Below, piece after piece: positions 33,881-41,695 of a stretch of DNA of 42,945 nucleotides. The first letter of the stretch is position 1. Every line of letters begins with the position of its first letter. Origin of the DNA: an uncultured Clostridia bacterium (GTDB lineage: Bacteria > Bacillota > Clostridia > Oscillospirales > CAG-272); the NCBI GenBank assembly GCA_904502055.1, contig CAJGDZ010000001.1, forward strand, positions 1 to 42,945, read 5' to 3'. Under the pieces are notes generated by a model. That model was given only the letters and a program-made list of their open reading frames with translations. It was not told the DNA's origin and searched no databases. Position numbers and translations under genes: made by a program.

Positions 33881-34726
33881 ATGAAAACAGTAATCGGAAT
33901 TGACGTCGGCGGAACCACCACCAAGATCGTGGGCTTTCGCGGCGAGGAGGGCCGGGAGCCATCGCTCATAGAGCCCCTTTTTGTAAGAGCTACCGACCCC
34001 GTGACATCGGCCTACGGTGCCTTTGGTAAATTCACGCTGGAGAACAAATTGGAACTGGATAGCATCGAGCGCGTGATGATGACGGGCGCAGGCTCTTCCT
34101 TTATTGACAAGCCCATTTACTCGGTGAAGTGCGAGCGTGTGACCGAGTTTTCCTGCATCGGACACGGCGGACTTTATCTCTCCGAGCTGGGCGAGGCTAT
34201 GGTCGTCAGCATGGGAACGGGTACGGCAATGGTGTACGCCAAGCGCGAAAACGGAAGCGTCAAGACCCAGTACCTCGGCGGTACGGGAGTTGGCGGCGGT
34301 ACCTTGGTCGGTCTTACACGCCAGATCCTCGGCGTGGACAACATCGATCACATCGAGGGACTTTGTGAGGGTGGAAATCTTGACAACATTGACCTTCGCA
34401 TTAAGGACATTTCCAAGCAGCACCGCTACAGCGGCATGGATGAAAGCCTGACGGCGGCCAACTTCGGAAAGCTGAGTGACATCGCCAGCCAGAGCGACAT
34501 TGCACTCGGTATTGCCAATATGGTGTCCGAGACCATCGGTATGATCGCCATTTTTGCCGCGCGGAACTACGCGCTTCGCGATATCGTGCTTACGGGTAAC
34601 CTGACGGCGGTCAAGCCCATTCGTGAGCGTCTTCTCAGCATGAGCAAGAGCTTTGACGTCAACTTTATCATCCCCGAAAAGGCACAGTTTGCCACGGTGA
34701 TCGGGGCGGCTTTGCAAAGCCTGTAA
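33881..34726 (+). CDS. coaW: type II pantothenate kinase
   Basis: MKTVIGIDVGGTTTKIV..., GTGTAMVY, GGTGVGGGTLVGL, IDLRIKDI, LTAANFG and a ...ATVIGAAL end match the Staphylococcus-type (fumble-like) PanK motif order. Confidence 0.8.
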   Translation: MKTVIGIDVGGTTTKIVGFRGEEGREPSLIEPLFVRATDPVTSAYGAFGKFTLENKLELDSIERVMMTGAGSSFIDKPIYSVKCERVTEFSCIGHGGLYLSELGEAMVVSMGTGTAMVYAKRENGSVKTQYLGGTGVGGGTLVGLTRQILGVDNIDHIEGLCEGGNLDNIDLRIKDISKQHRYSGMDESLTAANFGKLSDIASQSDIALGIANMVSETIGMIAIFAARNYALRDIVLTGNLTAVKPIRERLLSMSKSFDVNFIIPEKAQFATVIGAALQSL

Positions 34727-34732
34727 ATAGAA

Positions 34733-35605
34733 TCAAGCGTGATTCGCGGCGATAGCCTTTGTGATCTTGTCGGAAAGCGCGACAAAGGTTTCGGTGTCCA
34801 GCTTTTCGCCGCGAATATCTGCAGATAGGCCGCATTCCACGATAAGCGAGGTAAGCGTTTCCTTGGAAAGCTCGGAAAAGCCGGAAGCAAGAGCGTTGGG
34901 AAGCGTCTTGCGGCGTTGTTCAAACGCTGCTTTGACGGTGCGGAAAAAGATGTCTTCGTTTTTGGGCTTGTAAGGCTTATCCTTATAGAGCTTAATGCGG
35001 ACCACCGAGGAATTGACCTTGGGGGGCGGCATAAAGTTGCCTGCGCTGACAGTAAACAGCTTTTCTGCCGTTCCGTAGTAGGACAGAACGGTGGTGATGG
35101 CACCGCAATCGCGGCTGCCGGCCTTGGCACAAAGACGGTCGGCCACCTCGGACTGGATCATAATGGTGATGTAGTCGAAGGGAAGTCCCGACTCCAGAAG
35201 CTTCATCAGAATCGGCGTGGTTATATAATAAGGAAGATTGGCGCACACCGAGATGCCGCCCTCAAAATAGGGGGAAAGGATCTCGCGAAGGTCCGCCTTC
35301 ATAGCGTCCTCGTTGATGACGCGGACGTTTTTAAAGTCCTCCAGGGTATAGGCAAGAACGGGAATGAGGCTTTTGTCGATCTCAAGGGCAATGACGTTTT
35401 CGTAACGTGCCGCAAGCTCAGCCGTCAGCGTGCCGATGCCGGGGCCGATCTCGAGAACGGTTCCCGAGCGACCGTCGCAGCAGCTGTCGGCAATGTCCTC
35501 CACGACCATACGGTTGGTCAGAAAGTTCTGTCCGAACTCTTTGCGGAATTTAAGGCCGTAGACCGCCATGATCTGTTTTATGGTTTTGATATCACAAAGA
35601 TTCAT
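34733..35605 (-). CDS. rsmA: 16S rRNA (adenine1518/1519-N6)-dimethyltransferase RsmA/KsgA
   Basis: 290 aa from MNLCDIKTIKQIMAVYGLKFRKEFGQNFL, with SAM motif VLEIGPGIGTLT and NLPYYITTPI. The ORF-track N-terminal extension crosses the tRNA-Thr gene and is rejected. Confidence 0.9.
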   Translation of the reverse strand: MNLCDIKTIKQIMAVYGLKFRKEFGQNFLTNRMVVEDIADSCCDGRSGTVLEIGPGIGTLTAELAARYENVIALEIDKSLIPVLAYTLEDFKNVRVINEDAMKADLREILSPYFEGGISVCANLPYYITTPILMKLLESGLPFDYITIMIQSEVADRLCAKAGSRDCGAITTVLSYYGTAEKLFTVSAGNFMPPPKVNSSVVRIKLYKDKPYKPKNEDIFFRTVKAAFEQRRKTLPNALASGFSELSKETLTSLIVECGLSADIRGEKLDTETFVALSDKITKAIAANHA

Positions 35606-35718
35606 CGATATTTCTCCCAAAAGCGTGTACTTTTTCTTATTGTACCATAGCCGACTCAAAAAATCAATCCCGACGGGCGCGGAATTGAAAAAAATCTTGC
35701 ATATTTTTGAAAATACTC

Positions 35719-35747
35719 TTGACAAACTGAGGAAAAAAAGGTATAAT
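35719..35747 (+). promoter_or_regulatory. consensus sigma-A promoter of tRNA-Thr(CGU)
   Basis: TTGACA-17 nt-TATAAT, a perfect consensus, 14 nt upstream of the tRNA. Confidence 0.7.
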
Positions 35748-35761
35748 ACTAAGGCATTGTT

Positions 35762-35837
35762 GCTGGTGTAGCACAGTCGGTAGTGCAGCTGATTCGTAAT
35801 CAGCAGGTCGAAGGTTCGAGTCCTTTCACCAGCTCCA
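35762..35837 (+). tRNA. tRNA-Thr (anticodon CGU)
   Basis: GCTGGTGTAGCACAGTCGGTAGTGCAGCTGATTCGTAATCAGCAGGTCGAAGGTTCGAGTCCTTTCACCAGCTCCA has anticodon loop TTCGTAA. Confidence 0.9.
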
Positions 35838-35840
35838 AAC

Positions 35841-35875
35841 AAAATCCGCTTTCGTAAGAAAGCGGATTTTTTGTT
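35841..35875. terminator. bidirectional intrinsic terminator
   Basis: AAAATCCGCTTTC-gtaa-GAAAGCGGATTTT is followed by TTGTTTT. It is shared by tRNA-Thr (+) and the dehydrogenase gene (-). Confidence 0.8.
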
Positions 35876-36820
35876 TTAGTTCACCTTGTTGATGGGCGTT
35901 CCGTTTGCAAATGCCGCGAGATTTTTGGCCACGAGGTCAATCAGGCGCACACGCGTTTCGTACGCTGCCCAGGCGATGTGAGGTGTGATGATACAGTTCT
36001 TGGCGCCGAAGAGGGGACAGGTCTCCGACATCGGCTCCTCGGTCAGCACGTCGAGTGCCGCACCGGCGATCTTTTCGTTTTCAAGCGCTTCGGCAAGTGC
36101 CACCTCGTCCACAATGCCTCCGCGCGCGGTGTTAATGAGAAAAGCCGTCGGCTTCATCATAGCAAGCGTTTCGGCGTTTACCGCCAGAGCACTGTCCGCG
36201 TTCAGGGGACAATGGAAGGAAAGAAAATCGCTTTCCTTAAAGACAGTCTCCTTATCCACCTCCGCAATGCCGTCGATGTTTTTAGGGGTACGCGAGTAGG
36301 CAATCACCTTCATCCCGAAGGCAAGCGCAACCTTTGCCACAGCCTGACCGATCGTGCCCAGACCGTAGATGCCGAGCGTTTTGCCTTTGATCTCGGTGAT
36401 GGGGGCAAAAAAGTAAGAGAATTGCTTGGAGCGCTTCCAGTCACCTGCCGCTACCGAGCGCGCATAGGCCGAGGCGTTGCCCGCCAGCTCCAGAAGCAGG
36501 GAAACGGTGAGTTGTGCAACAGAGTCGGTCGAATAGCCGGGCACGTTGCATACCGCAATGCCGTTTTCGGTTGCGGCCTCGATATCGATGTTGTTGTAGC
36601 CCGTGGCAAATACGCCGATGAATTTGAGCGTGGAGCTCTCGATGATCTCGCGGTCGATTTTGGCTTTGTTGCAGACCACCGCGTCGGCGCCGTTCAGCAC
36701 CTTTTTGATTTCTTCCTTCGTAAGCAGGTCGTAATATTCCACCTCGCCAAACCGCTCAAGCGGCGAGAGATCGACGTCTCCCTTGGTGACGGTGCATTTG
36801 TCAAGAATGATAAGCTTCAT
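35876..36820 (-). CDS. D-isomer-specific 2-hydroxyacid dehydrogenase (glycerate/hydroxypyruvate reductase-like)
   Basis: 314 aa from MKLIILDKCTVTKGD..., with NAD motif GIYGLGTIGQAVA and ...NTARGGIVDE...TPHIAWA... Confidence 0.85.
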   Translation of the reverse strand: MKLIILDKCTVTKGDVDLSPLERFGEVEYYDLLTKEEIKKVLNGADAVVCNKAKIDREIIESSTLKFIGVFATGYNNIDIEAATENGIAVCNVPGYSTDSVAQLTVSLLLELAGNASAYARSVAAGDWKRSKQFSYFFAPITEIKGKTLGIYGLGTIGQAVAKVALAFGMKVIAYSRTPKNIDGIAEVDKETVFKESDFLSFHCPLNADSALAVNAETLAMMKPTAFLINTARGGIVDEVALAEALENEKIAGAALDVLTEEPMSETCPLFGAKNCIITPHIAWAAYETRVRLIDLVAKNLAAFANGTPINKVN

Positions 36821-36845
36821 ACATACCCTTTTCGTTTTTTCTTTC

Positions 36846-36874
36846 ATTTTATCATAACCCCCACCGTCTGTCAA
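36846..36874 (-). promoter_or_regulatory. sigma-A type promoter of the 2-hydroxyacid dehydrogenase gene
   Basis: Minus strand reads TTGACA-17 nt-TAAAAT with a TGa extended -10. Confidence 0.55.
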
Positions 36875-37048
36875 CCGCTTTGCCGACACTTTGCCTACGA
36901 TTGCCTCGGAAGAGGCAAATTTTTGCGCCTCAACACTTCCAATAAATGCCAGAAAAGTAAAAGAAAGTAAAAATAATAAGTATATGGCGAAATTTCACCT
37001 GTCAGAAGAAAAAAATTGAAAAAAAAATAACTTTTTTTAAAAATCCTA

Positions 37049-37077
37049 TTGCATTTTTTGTGACCTTCGTGTATAAT
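37049..37077 (+). promoter_or_regulatory. sigma-A type promoter of the dcw cluster (Pmra)
   Basis: TTGCAT-17 nt-TATAAT, about 100 nt upstream of mraZ. Confidence 0.6.
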
Positions 37078-37086
37078 AAATACACC

Positions 37087-37123
37087 GAAGTGGCTAAAAG
37101 TGGTGCAAAATGTTTCAAAGTGG
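37087..37123 (+). promoter_or_regulatory. candidate MraZ operator: four 7-nt boxes at 10-nt periodicity
   Basis: GAAGTGG-cta-AAAGTGG-tgc-AAAATGT-ttc-AAAGTGG begins about 10 nt after the -10 box. Confidence 0.55.
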
Positions 37124-37174
37124 TGTAAAAAACGGCCAGAAATCGGAAAAATCTACAGAAAGGAGCCGCTCAAG

Positions 37175-37597
37175 ATGCTTTTCGGCGAGTTCAATCATTC
37201 CATTGACGCGAAAAACCGAATGTTTATCCCCGCAAAATACAGGGAAGAGCTTGGCGCGGCTTTTGTGATTTTCCGAAGCATTCGCGGAAACTACATCAAG
37301 GTGATGTCGATGAACGAATGGGAAAATTTTGTGGCACCCATTAAGGAGCTTCCGAGAAAGACCTCGGAGGAGACGCTCCGCTTTCTTAACCGTAACGCGG
37401 CGCAGGTTTCCCCCGATGCTCAGGGCAGAATTCTGATTCCCCAGGGCCTCATTGAGCACGCGCAGATCGTAAAGAACGCGGTGGTCGTCGGCTGTGGCGA
37501 TTACGCGGAGATCTGGGCAGAGGAGCTTTACAGCACCTCGGTTGAGGCTGAGGATCAGGAGGCCATTCGCAACGCACTTGAGGAGTGCGGTCTGTAA
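37175..37597 (+). CDS. mraZ: transcriptional regulator MraZ
   Basis: 140 aa from MLFGEFNHSIDAKNRMFIPAKYREELG. The two DxxxR motifs are DAKNR and DAQGR. AAAGGAG RBS is present. Confidence 0.92.
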   Translation: MLFGEFNHSIDAKNRMFIPAKYREELGAAFVIFRSIRGNYIKVMSMNEWENFVAPIKELPRKTSEETLRFLNRNAAQVSPDAQGRILIPQGLIEHAQIVKNAVVVGCGDYAEIWAEELYSTSVEAEDQEAIRNALEECGL

Positions 37598-37600
37598 GCC

Positions 37601-38545
37601 ATGGCAGAGGGCATTTCGTTTTCGCATTATTCGGTGATGCTGAAGGAGTGCATCGAATCGCTTTGCATAAAGCCGGACGGTATCTATGTGGACGGAACGG
37701 CAGGCGGCGGCGGACATTCCTTTGAGATCGCAAAGCATCTCACCACGGGACGCCTTATCGCCATCGATCAGGATGCCGATGCGATTGCGGCGGCAGGCGA
37801 GCGGCTGAGCGTTTACGGCGACAGAGTTACGCTGGTAAGAGATAATTTTTCCAATCTTGCCAACGTTTGTAAGAATTTAGAAATTGAGAAAATTGACGGA
37901 CTTCTTCTGGATCTCGGCGTATCCTCCTACCAACTGGATACGGCGGAGCGAGGATTTTCGTATATGGCGGATGCACCGCTGGACATGCGGATGGACAAGC
38001 GCAGTGAGCTTGACGCGTGGAAGGTGGTCAATACGTATTCCGAGGCGGAGTTAAAACGGATTCTTTACGAGTACGGTGAGGAGCGATTCAGTGGGCGCAT
38101 TGCCCGCGTGATCGTCGAAACGCGTACAAAGCATTCCATAGATACGACGGGCGAACTTGTTCACGTTATCGTAAGTGCGATTCCCGCGGGCGCGCGAGAA
38201 GGTGGGTCGCATCCCGCGAAAAGAAGTTTTCAGGCGATTCGCATCGAGGTGAACAAGGAGCTGAGTGTTATAGCTCCCGCCATTGATTCTGCAGTAAAGC
38301 TGCTGAATCAGGGCGGGAGACTCGCCATCCTCACATTCCATTCGCTGGAGGATAGGCTGGTCAAGCAGACCTTTGCCGCGGCGGCAAAGGGGTGCACGTG
38401 TCCGCGGAATTTCCCAGTGTGCGTGTGCGGAAATAAGCCGAAGCTTAAGATCATAACCAATAAGCCGCTTCTTCCGAGCGAGGAGGAGCTGGCGCAGAAT
38501 TCGAGATCGCACAGTGCCAAGCTGAGGGTCGCGGAGAAAGTATAA
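37601..38545 (+). CDS. rsmH: 16S rRNA (cytosine1402-N4)-methyltransferase RsmH
   Basis: 314 aa with [30 protein letters not shown] and FHSLEDR. Confidence 0.93.
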   Translation: MAEGISFSHYSVMLKECIESLCIKPDGIYVDGTAGGGGHSFEIAKHLTTGRLIAIDQDADAIAAAGERLSVYGDRVTLVRDNFSNLANVCKNLEIEKIDGLLLDLGVSSYQLDTAERGFSYMADAPLDMRMDKRSELDAWKVVNTYSEAELKRILYEYGEERFSGRIARVIVETRTKHSIDTTGELVHVIVSAIPAGAREGGSHPAKRSFQAIRIEVNKELSVIAPAIDSAVKLLNQGGRLAILTFHSLEDRLVKQTFAAAAKGCTCPRNFPVCVCGNKPKLKIITNKPLLPSEEELAQNSRSHSAKLRVAEKV

Positions 38546-38567
38546 AACGTTAAAAGGAGGCACCGAT

Positions 38568-39212
38568 ATGTTAAAGGAAAATCGTCCGAATATTGTGGTT
38601 GATGACAACTATAGAATGTTCGTGAAAGCTATGCAGCGCAGATACGAAGAGCGCGGTGCCTTTGTGTATACCGATAACGAAGCCATTGAGCAGGAGCGCA
38701 AGGATGCCCGTGCAAGAGCGATGGCTCCGGATGCCTACCGCATCTCCTCGGTTGCCGGTGACGCCGTGCAGGAATATCGCAGCGGCGAGAAGTTTATGAC
38801 GACCGATGATTATCTGCAGTATTTCAGCAAGTGTCACGACACCTTTGATGCCGTGAATTACTATACACTTCACAAAAAGCAGGAAAGCGATGGCGTGGAG
38901 GAGAAGATCCTTGTCAACCGCAAAATGGTTGAGAGAGTCCGTGCTCCGAAGCGCGCACCTGCGCGCCGACCCGAGGTAAGGAAGGAAAGCTTTACCGAGC
39001 GTCTTTCCGAGTTCCTTTCCGAGATGAGCGCGGCAAGAAGGCGCGCCATGACCGGTATGGTGGCGGCCGCTCTTTCTCTTGTGTTTGTGATCGGCGGTGT
39101 TTCGGCCTTCGGAAATCCCGAGCCCGAAGCAAAGTATGCATCCCGTGAGGCAGAGCCTTCGGTAATCGACGTGGTAGAAGCACAGGAAAACGAGAATTTG
39201 CTCAAGGGTTAA
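38568..39212 (+). CDS. hypothetical single-pass membrane protein in the ftsL position of the dcw cluster
   Basis: 214 aa. It has a ~160-aa charged N-terminal region, one TM helix (about aa 161-182, MTGMVAAALSLVFVIGGVSAFG) preceded by RRR, and a 32-aa acidic tail. RBS is AAGGAGG. Confidence 0.65.
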   Translation: MLKENRPNIVVDDNYRMFVKAMQRRYEERGAFVYTDNEAIEQERKDARARAMAPDAYRISSVAGDAVQEYRSGEKFMTTDDYLQYFSKCHDTFDAVNYYTLHKKQESDGVEEKILVNRKMVERVRAPKRAPARRPEVRKESFTERLSEFLSEMSAARRRAMTGMVAAALSLVFVIGGVSAFGNPEPEAKYASREAEPSVIDVVEAQENENLLKG

Positions 39213-39271
39213 TCATACAACCCGATGCCACTGAATACACTTAATTGACAGGAAAACAACTCATTTTCGAA

Positions 39272-39379
39272 GAACGGTGCAGTGCGAAGCCGTGGTTCTG
39301 CTGGAGCCTGCGGCAGCGGAAATTTCGGCGGCGGCCCATCTGCCGAAGCTTCCGTATTCGCGCACCGTTCATTTTTTTA
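39272..39379 (+). promoter_or_regulatory. structured leader / terminator-like long hairpin upstream of the PBP gene
   Basis: The closing helix pairs GAACGGTGC (39272-39280) with GCACCGTTC (39362-39370). Inner helices pair GAAGC/GCTTC and CGGCAG/CTGCCG. ATTTTTTTA follows, and the PBP SD begins about 10 nt later. Confidence 0.4.
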
Positions 39380-39400
39380 TCTGTCAAGAGGAGTGATTGG

Positions 39401-41656
39401 ATGGCGAGGTATGCACACGGCGAATTTTTAAAGCGGGCAACGGTCCTTTTCGGATTTCTTTTGCTTGTATTTGCTTTGCTCTTGATTCGGATCGCCGTGA
39501 TTCAGACGGTGGATTTTGAAAAATATGAACAAAAGGTCATCGAGCAGATGACCACCCGATCTCCCGCAAGCGCCAATCGCGGTGAGATCTACGATAGAAA
39601 CGGTAAGGTTTTGGCAACAAACGTAACGACCTACCGTATTTTTATTTCTCCCTCCGCAATCTCCCGTGCCCAAAAAACGCTGGACGGACGAAGGAGCGAT
39701 TCGATCTCCCGAGAGATCGCGAGTACCCTTTCGGAGCATCTCGGCATAGAATACGATAAGATCTATTCAAAAACGCAAAAGATCAGCCGTCTGGATGAAA
39801 CGGTTTTGCGCGACGCCGATGAGCAAACAGCGGAGAAGCTGAGGACTTGGATCCTTGAGAAAAATATGGTGGGTCTGGTTTTTCTTGAGGCGACAAGCAA
39901 ACGCTATTATCCCTACGGAAGCCTTGCCTCGCACGTGATCGGCTTTACGAGCACCGACGGCGTGGGGCTTTACGGATTGGAATACCAATACAACGATACC
40001 ATCGACGGAACCGACGGCTATTACGTCACCGCACGTGACTCGCGCGGCAATGAAATGCCAAACGAATATCAAAGCTACGTGGCGGCGGAGGACGGACATC
40101 ACATTACGACGACCCTTGACAGCTACGTGCAGGCGGCACTTGAGGAGCAGCTGGAAAATGCGGTGCTGGATTCGGGTGCGCTTAACCGCGCGTGCGGCAT
40201 TGTTATGGACGTAAAGACGGGCGAGATTTTGGCACTGTCTGTTTATCCCGAATTTGATCTCAATAGCCCCTGGACGCTTGTGCCCTATTATCAGAGAAAG
40301 CTGGCGACAAGCGGACTGTCGGTGGGAAGCGAGGAGTACAGCGCTCTTGCGCGCAGTTATCTGCTGGAGTCCTGGTCCAATAAGGCGCTCACGGAGACCT
40401 ACATTCCCGGCTCGACCTTCAAGATCCTCACCTCGTCTATGGCGCTTGAGGAAAATTTGCCGATTCTAAATGGCTCGGTCTTTTGCGGCGGCGCAAAAAC
40501 CGTACTGGGCAGAAGCATCCATTGCCACAAGCGTAAGGGACACGGAAGTCTTACCTTTGCCGAGGGGATCCAGCACTCCTGCAACGTTTGGTTTATGAGC
40601 ATCGGACAGTCGCTTGGCATCGAGCGTTTTACCAAATATTTTAAGCAATTCGGCTATCGCGAAAAGACCGGTATTGATCTGCCGGGCGAGGGCATGGGGG
40701 TGATCAGCTCACGTATGAGTGAGCTTGACCTTGCCATTTACGCCTTCGGGCAGAATTTTACGGTGACGGCGATGCAGCACATCGCGGCCATTTCCGCCGT
40801 AGCAAACGGCGGAACGCTTCTTAAGCCATATGTGGTAAAGAACACGCTGGACAGCGAGGGGAGCGTGGTGTTTGAGCAAGAGCCGACGGAAAAGCGCGCG
40901 ATCGTAGCGTCCTCCACCTCCAAAACGCTCAGTGAGATCCTGGCGGCGGGTGTTGCCGGTGAGGGCGGTGCGAAAAACGCATACGTGCCCGGCTATCGTA
41001 TTGCGGCTAAGACAGGAACCTCGGAGAAAAAGGGCGCGACCCGTACAGAGATGGAGATGTATATTTGCTCGTGTGTCGGCTATGCACCGGCGGACGATCC
41101 GAGGTATGCGATGATATTGATGGTGGATGAGCCGACCAAGGGCATTCTGTACGGAAGCACAGTTGCCGCTCCCTACATCGCCAAAGCCTTTGAGACCATT
41201 TTACCGTATCTCGGTGTGGCACCGATCTATACCGAGGAGGAGGAAAAATTGCTGGCCTCGGAGATCCCGAACTACACGGGGCTTGAGATGGGGGCAGCGG
41301 TGAGCTTTGCCGAGAGCCGCGGCTTTGCGGTCACGGTCGTGGGGGAAGGAAAATACGTCACCTCACAGTCGCCAAAGGCGCAGAGTCTGTATAGCGGCGA
41401 GACGGGGAAGATGGTTTTTTATACCGACGATACCGAGCCCGAGGAAAAAAGCGTCCCCGATGTGGTCGGAAAAACGCTTGTCGAGGCGAACCGTGCCATT
41501 ACCGATGCCGGCTTCAATCTGCGCATAAGCGGTGCGTACGATGCGGACGGTAAGGGTGGTGCCGTTGTGGTCAGCCAATCGCCGGCAGCAGGAGAAAAAG
41601 TGCAAAACGGAAGCGTGATCTCAATCGAATTGCGCTATATGATAAAGGACGATTAA
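39401..41656 (+). CDS. class B penicillin-binding protein (FtsI/SpoVD-type transpeptidase) with two C-terminal PASTA domains
   Basis: 751 aa from MARYAHGEFLKRATVLFGFLLLVFALLLIR (TM helix). It has a dimerisation domain, the motifs STFK, SCN and KTGT, and two PASTA repeats (IPNYTGLEMGAAV..., VPDVVGKTLVEANRAI...). ATG 39401 is 7 nt after GAGGAG. Confidence 0.9.
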   Translation: MARYAHGEFLKRATVLFGFLLLVFALLLIRIAVIQTVDFEKYEQKVIEQMTTRSPASANRGEIYDRNGKVLATNVTTYRIFISPSAISRAQKTLDGRRSDSISREIASTLSEHLGIEYDKIYSKTQKISRLDETVLRDADEQTAEKLRTWILEKNMVGLVFLEATSKRYYPYGSLASHVIGFTSTDGVGLYGLEYQYNDTIDGTDGYYVTARDSRGNEMPNEYQSYVAAEDGHHITTTLDSYVQAALEEQLENAVLDSGALNRACGIVMDVKTGEILALSVYPEFDLNSPWTLVPYYQRKLATSGLSVGSEEYSALARSYLLESWSNKALTETYIPGSTFKILTSSMALEENLPILNGSVFCGGAKTVLGRSIHCHKRKGHGSLTFAEGIQHSCNVWFMSIGQSLGIERFTKYFKQFGYREKTGIDLPGEGMGVISSRMSELDLAIYAFGQNFTVTAMQHIAAISAVANGGTLLKPYVVKNTLDSEGSVVFEQEPTEKRAIVASSTSKTLSEILAAGVAGEGGAKNAYVPGYRIAAKTGTSEKKGATRTEMEMYICSCVGYAPADDPRYAMILMVDEPTKGILYGSTVAAPYIAKAFETILPYLGVAPIYTEEEEKLLASEIPNYTGLEMGAAVSFAESRGFAVTVVGEGKYVTSQSPKAQSLYSGETGKMVFYTDDTEPEEKSVPDVVGKTLVEANRAITDAGFNLRISGAYDADGKGGAVVVSQSPAAGEKVQNGSVISIELRYMIKDD

Positions 41657-41695
41657 AAAAGCGGACGCAAAAGCAATATTTTTGCGGAGGCGTTT

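Noticed and set aside
33800-34717. N-terminal 306 aa of the 584-aa - strand ORF (32963..34717)
   Set aside because: Only the part from ATG 33799 is a real gene, the HAD-IIA phosphatase. The upstream extension is the antisense shadow of coaW and crosses the coaW promoter.
35606-35842. N-terminal extension of the 369-aa rsmA ORF
   Set aside because: The extension runs through the tRNA-Thr(CGU) gene and its promoter. The RsmA homology and a GGGAGA RBS begin at ATG 35605.
35978-36970. 330-aa ORF on the + strand
   Set aside because: It is antisense to the 2-hydroxyacid dehydrogenase gene.
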